A stretch of 64,000 bases of DNA, taken from Lepidodermella squamata. Its lineage: Eukaryota; Animalia; Gastrotricha. This document shows, piece by piece, positions 62,470 to 64,000 of this stretch (the stretch's first letter is position 1; each line of letters begins with the position of its first letter). The translations under genes and the position numbers were made by a program. The stretch covers positions 1,116,001 to 1,180,000 of the forward strand of contig JBLDXI010000004.1 of NCBI GenBank assembly GCA_047495785.1. Direction: 5' to 3'. The notes below the pieces were generated by a model. The model saw only the letters and a list, made by a program, of their open reading frames with translations. It was not told where the DNA came from and ran no database searches.

Positions 62470-64000
62470 GTATGTTGTTATGAACATTTTTCTGCGAGAT
62501 TTTTCGCCTCACCTCCGTTCACGCAAATTTCAGGGCCCTGGAATTTTATGAAGTTCATAGACTCAAATTAAATAAAATCAATCGTTGTCCCATTTTCGGG
62601 TTCGATTCGTCGTGAGTTGAGGAGTCCATCCAAGTCCCATAGTCATAGCACTCACACCTGAGAAGCAGTTGAGTCCTTAAGAGTCGGGTCAACCTTAACA
62701 AAATGAATCTAACACAAGGAAAAAATCACCCTATTTCGGGCAATAGGTGATGAAAAATCAGCTTGTTAAATCCTCTCAATTAAGGCCTCAATTAGGTGCG
62801 AGCATCCTCATTCCCCATTTTTCAAAATTTATCGGAATTCATGCTCAGAAAGTCATTCCATGCTCATGATTTCATTGTGTATTAATTACGAAATTGTTTA
62901 GCATAGTGAACTCAGTGATTAATCACATCCATGTTTTTTCTTGGATTGTTATGTGGTGATGGTGTTGCGGTCGAGCGGTCGGTTATTTTTTTAGCTGATT
63001 AATTAGATGGAGATGAATAAAAAATATTCGAAAAAGCTACTACCACAACAAAATTCACCACCTCACCACCACACTATCGACGCAGCAATATAAATGGACT
63101 TCGACCCTGCAAACCCGGCCTACAATATAATATGGCGCTCACTCAAGTCTAACGCATCCCATTTTCACTTGATCAGTGATACTTATTTTAGTTCATTTTG
63201 ACTACATCGTATTGCTATCGATTCAATTTGATTTTCTATTATAAGTGAAAAGTTACACAAGAACCAACAACAATGGGATTTCAGAATTATTTCTAAATTT
63301 TTGGCTCCTTCAGGTGTATACTTTTTGTTCTTGTATTATTGCTCGGAAATTGCGCCCGGGAATAAGAGTAATTTCGAGTTTTGAAATTAAATTACATCGT
63401 TCGAGAAAATAAATTTCAGGCCCGAAATAAATGTCAGATGGCGACAGTACTGACGATCACTAGTAAGATCATTAAGCACTTAAAAAGGTCAGGGACCAAT
63501 TTGTTCGATCAACACACGTAGAATCCCAGGGAAATGTATGACATTTTGGTTACCCAGGCAGTTACTTGTTAGTTCGGATTTCGGATAAATACACCTTTTT
63601 TCTATTGCAATTTCATTATTTTTATTTAAGAAACACGTGTTTATTTTTTCATGATTCTCAGCTTCTTCATTTTATTCATTTTCTTACTTCTGTCTACCTA
63701 AGGATTTACTCGATCTTCGAAGGTTCGCCGTAAGCGATTGCAAGACCTGAATTGGATGAATTTGATATCAAATTGAAGCTAGAGATCTGATCTATCCAAA
63801 TATGCGATCAGATCGACAAAATCATGTGTTTCGCAGAAACTAAGCAGTAAGTAGAATGAACTGCAAATATGTTTTCCTTGTGTAGTTTTTTTATTTTATA
63901 GGTATAAGGCCCCTACCTTCTCCCCAAAAATGAGTAGAACAATCAGGCGAAGGTGATATCTCGAGTAGAAGCGATAGAACCTCGAAAAATTGAGCTTTAG

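Noticed and set aside
1-64000. Naming the organism or assigning clec gene symbols
   Set aside because: Short introns and tttcag acceptors suggest a nematode-like invertebrate but are not diagnostic; no orthology can be shown without searches.

Overview
Eukaryotic DNA, most likely invertebrate: AT-rich, with many 45-65 nt GT-AG introns, so the ORF track fragments real genes. All gene models were assembled by eye from splice signals and paralog comparison. (1) A cluster of about 11 paralogous genes encodes secreted proteins built as signal peptide + 5-12 copies of a ~40-45 aa four-cysteine module I do not recognise + a C-terminal C-type lectin-like domain (CTLD). Six look intact, four are pseudogenes and one is incomplete in the window. 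(2) A 3.3-kb TIR DNA transposon inside that cluster (50578-53871) carries an apparently intact spliced RAG1/Transib-like transposase and a convergent small second gene, a ProtoRAG-like layout without RAG2 or CAC ends. (3) A full-length RTE-group LINE sits in an intron of lectin gene 1; its ORF1 and ORF2 are in frame, separated by one TAG. (4) A kinase-ankyrin gene, decayed MULE, hAT and Helitron remnants, and many MITEs with TIRs and TSDs are also present. No rRNA, tRNA or CRISPR was seen.
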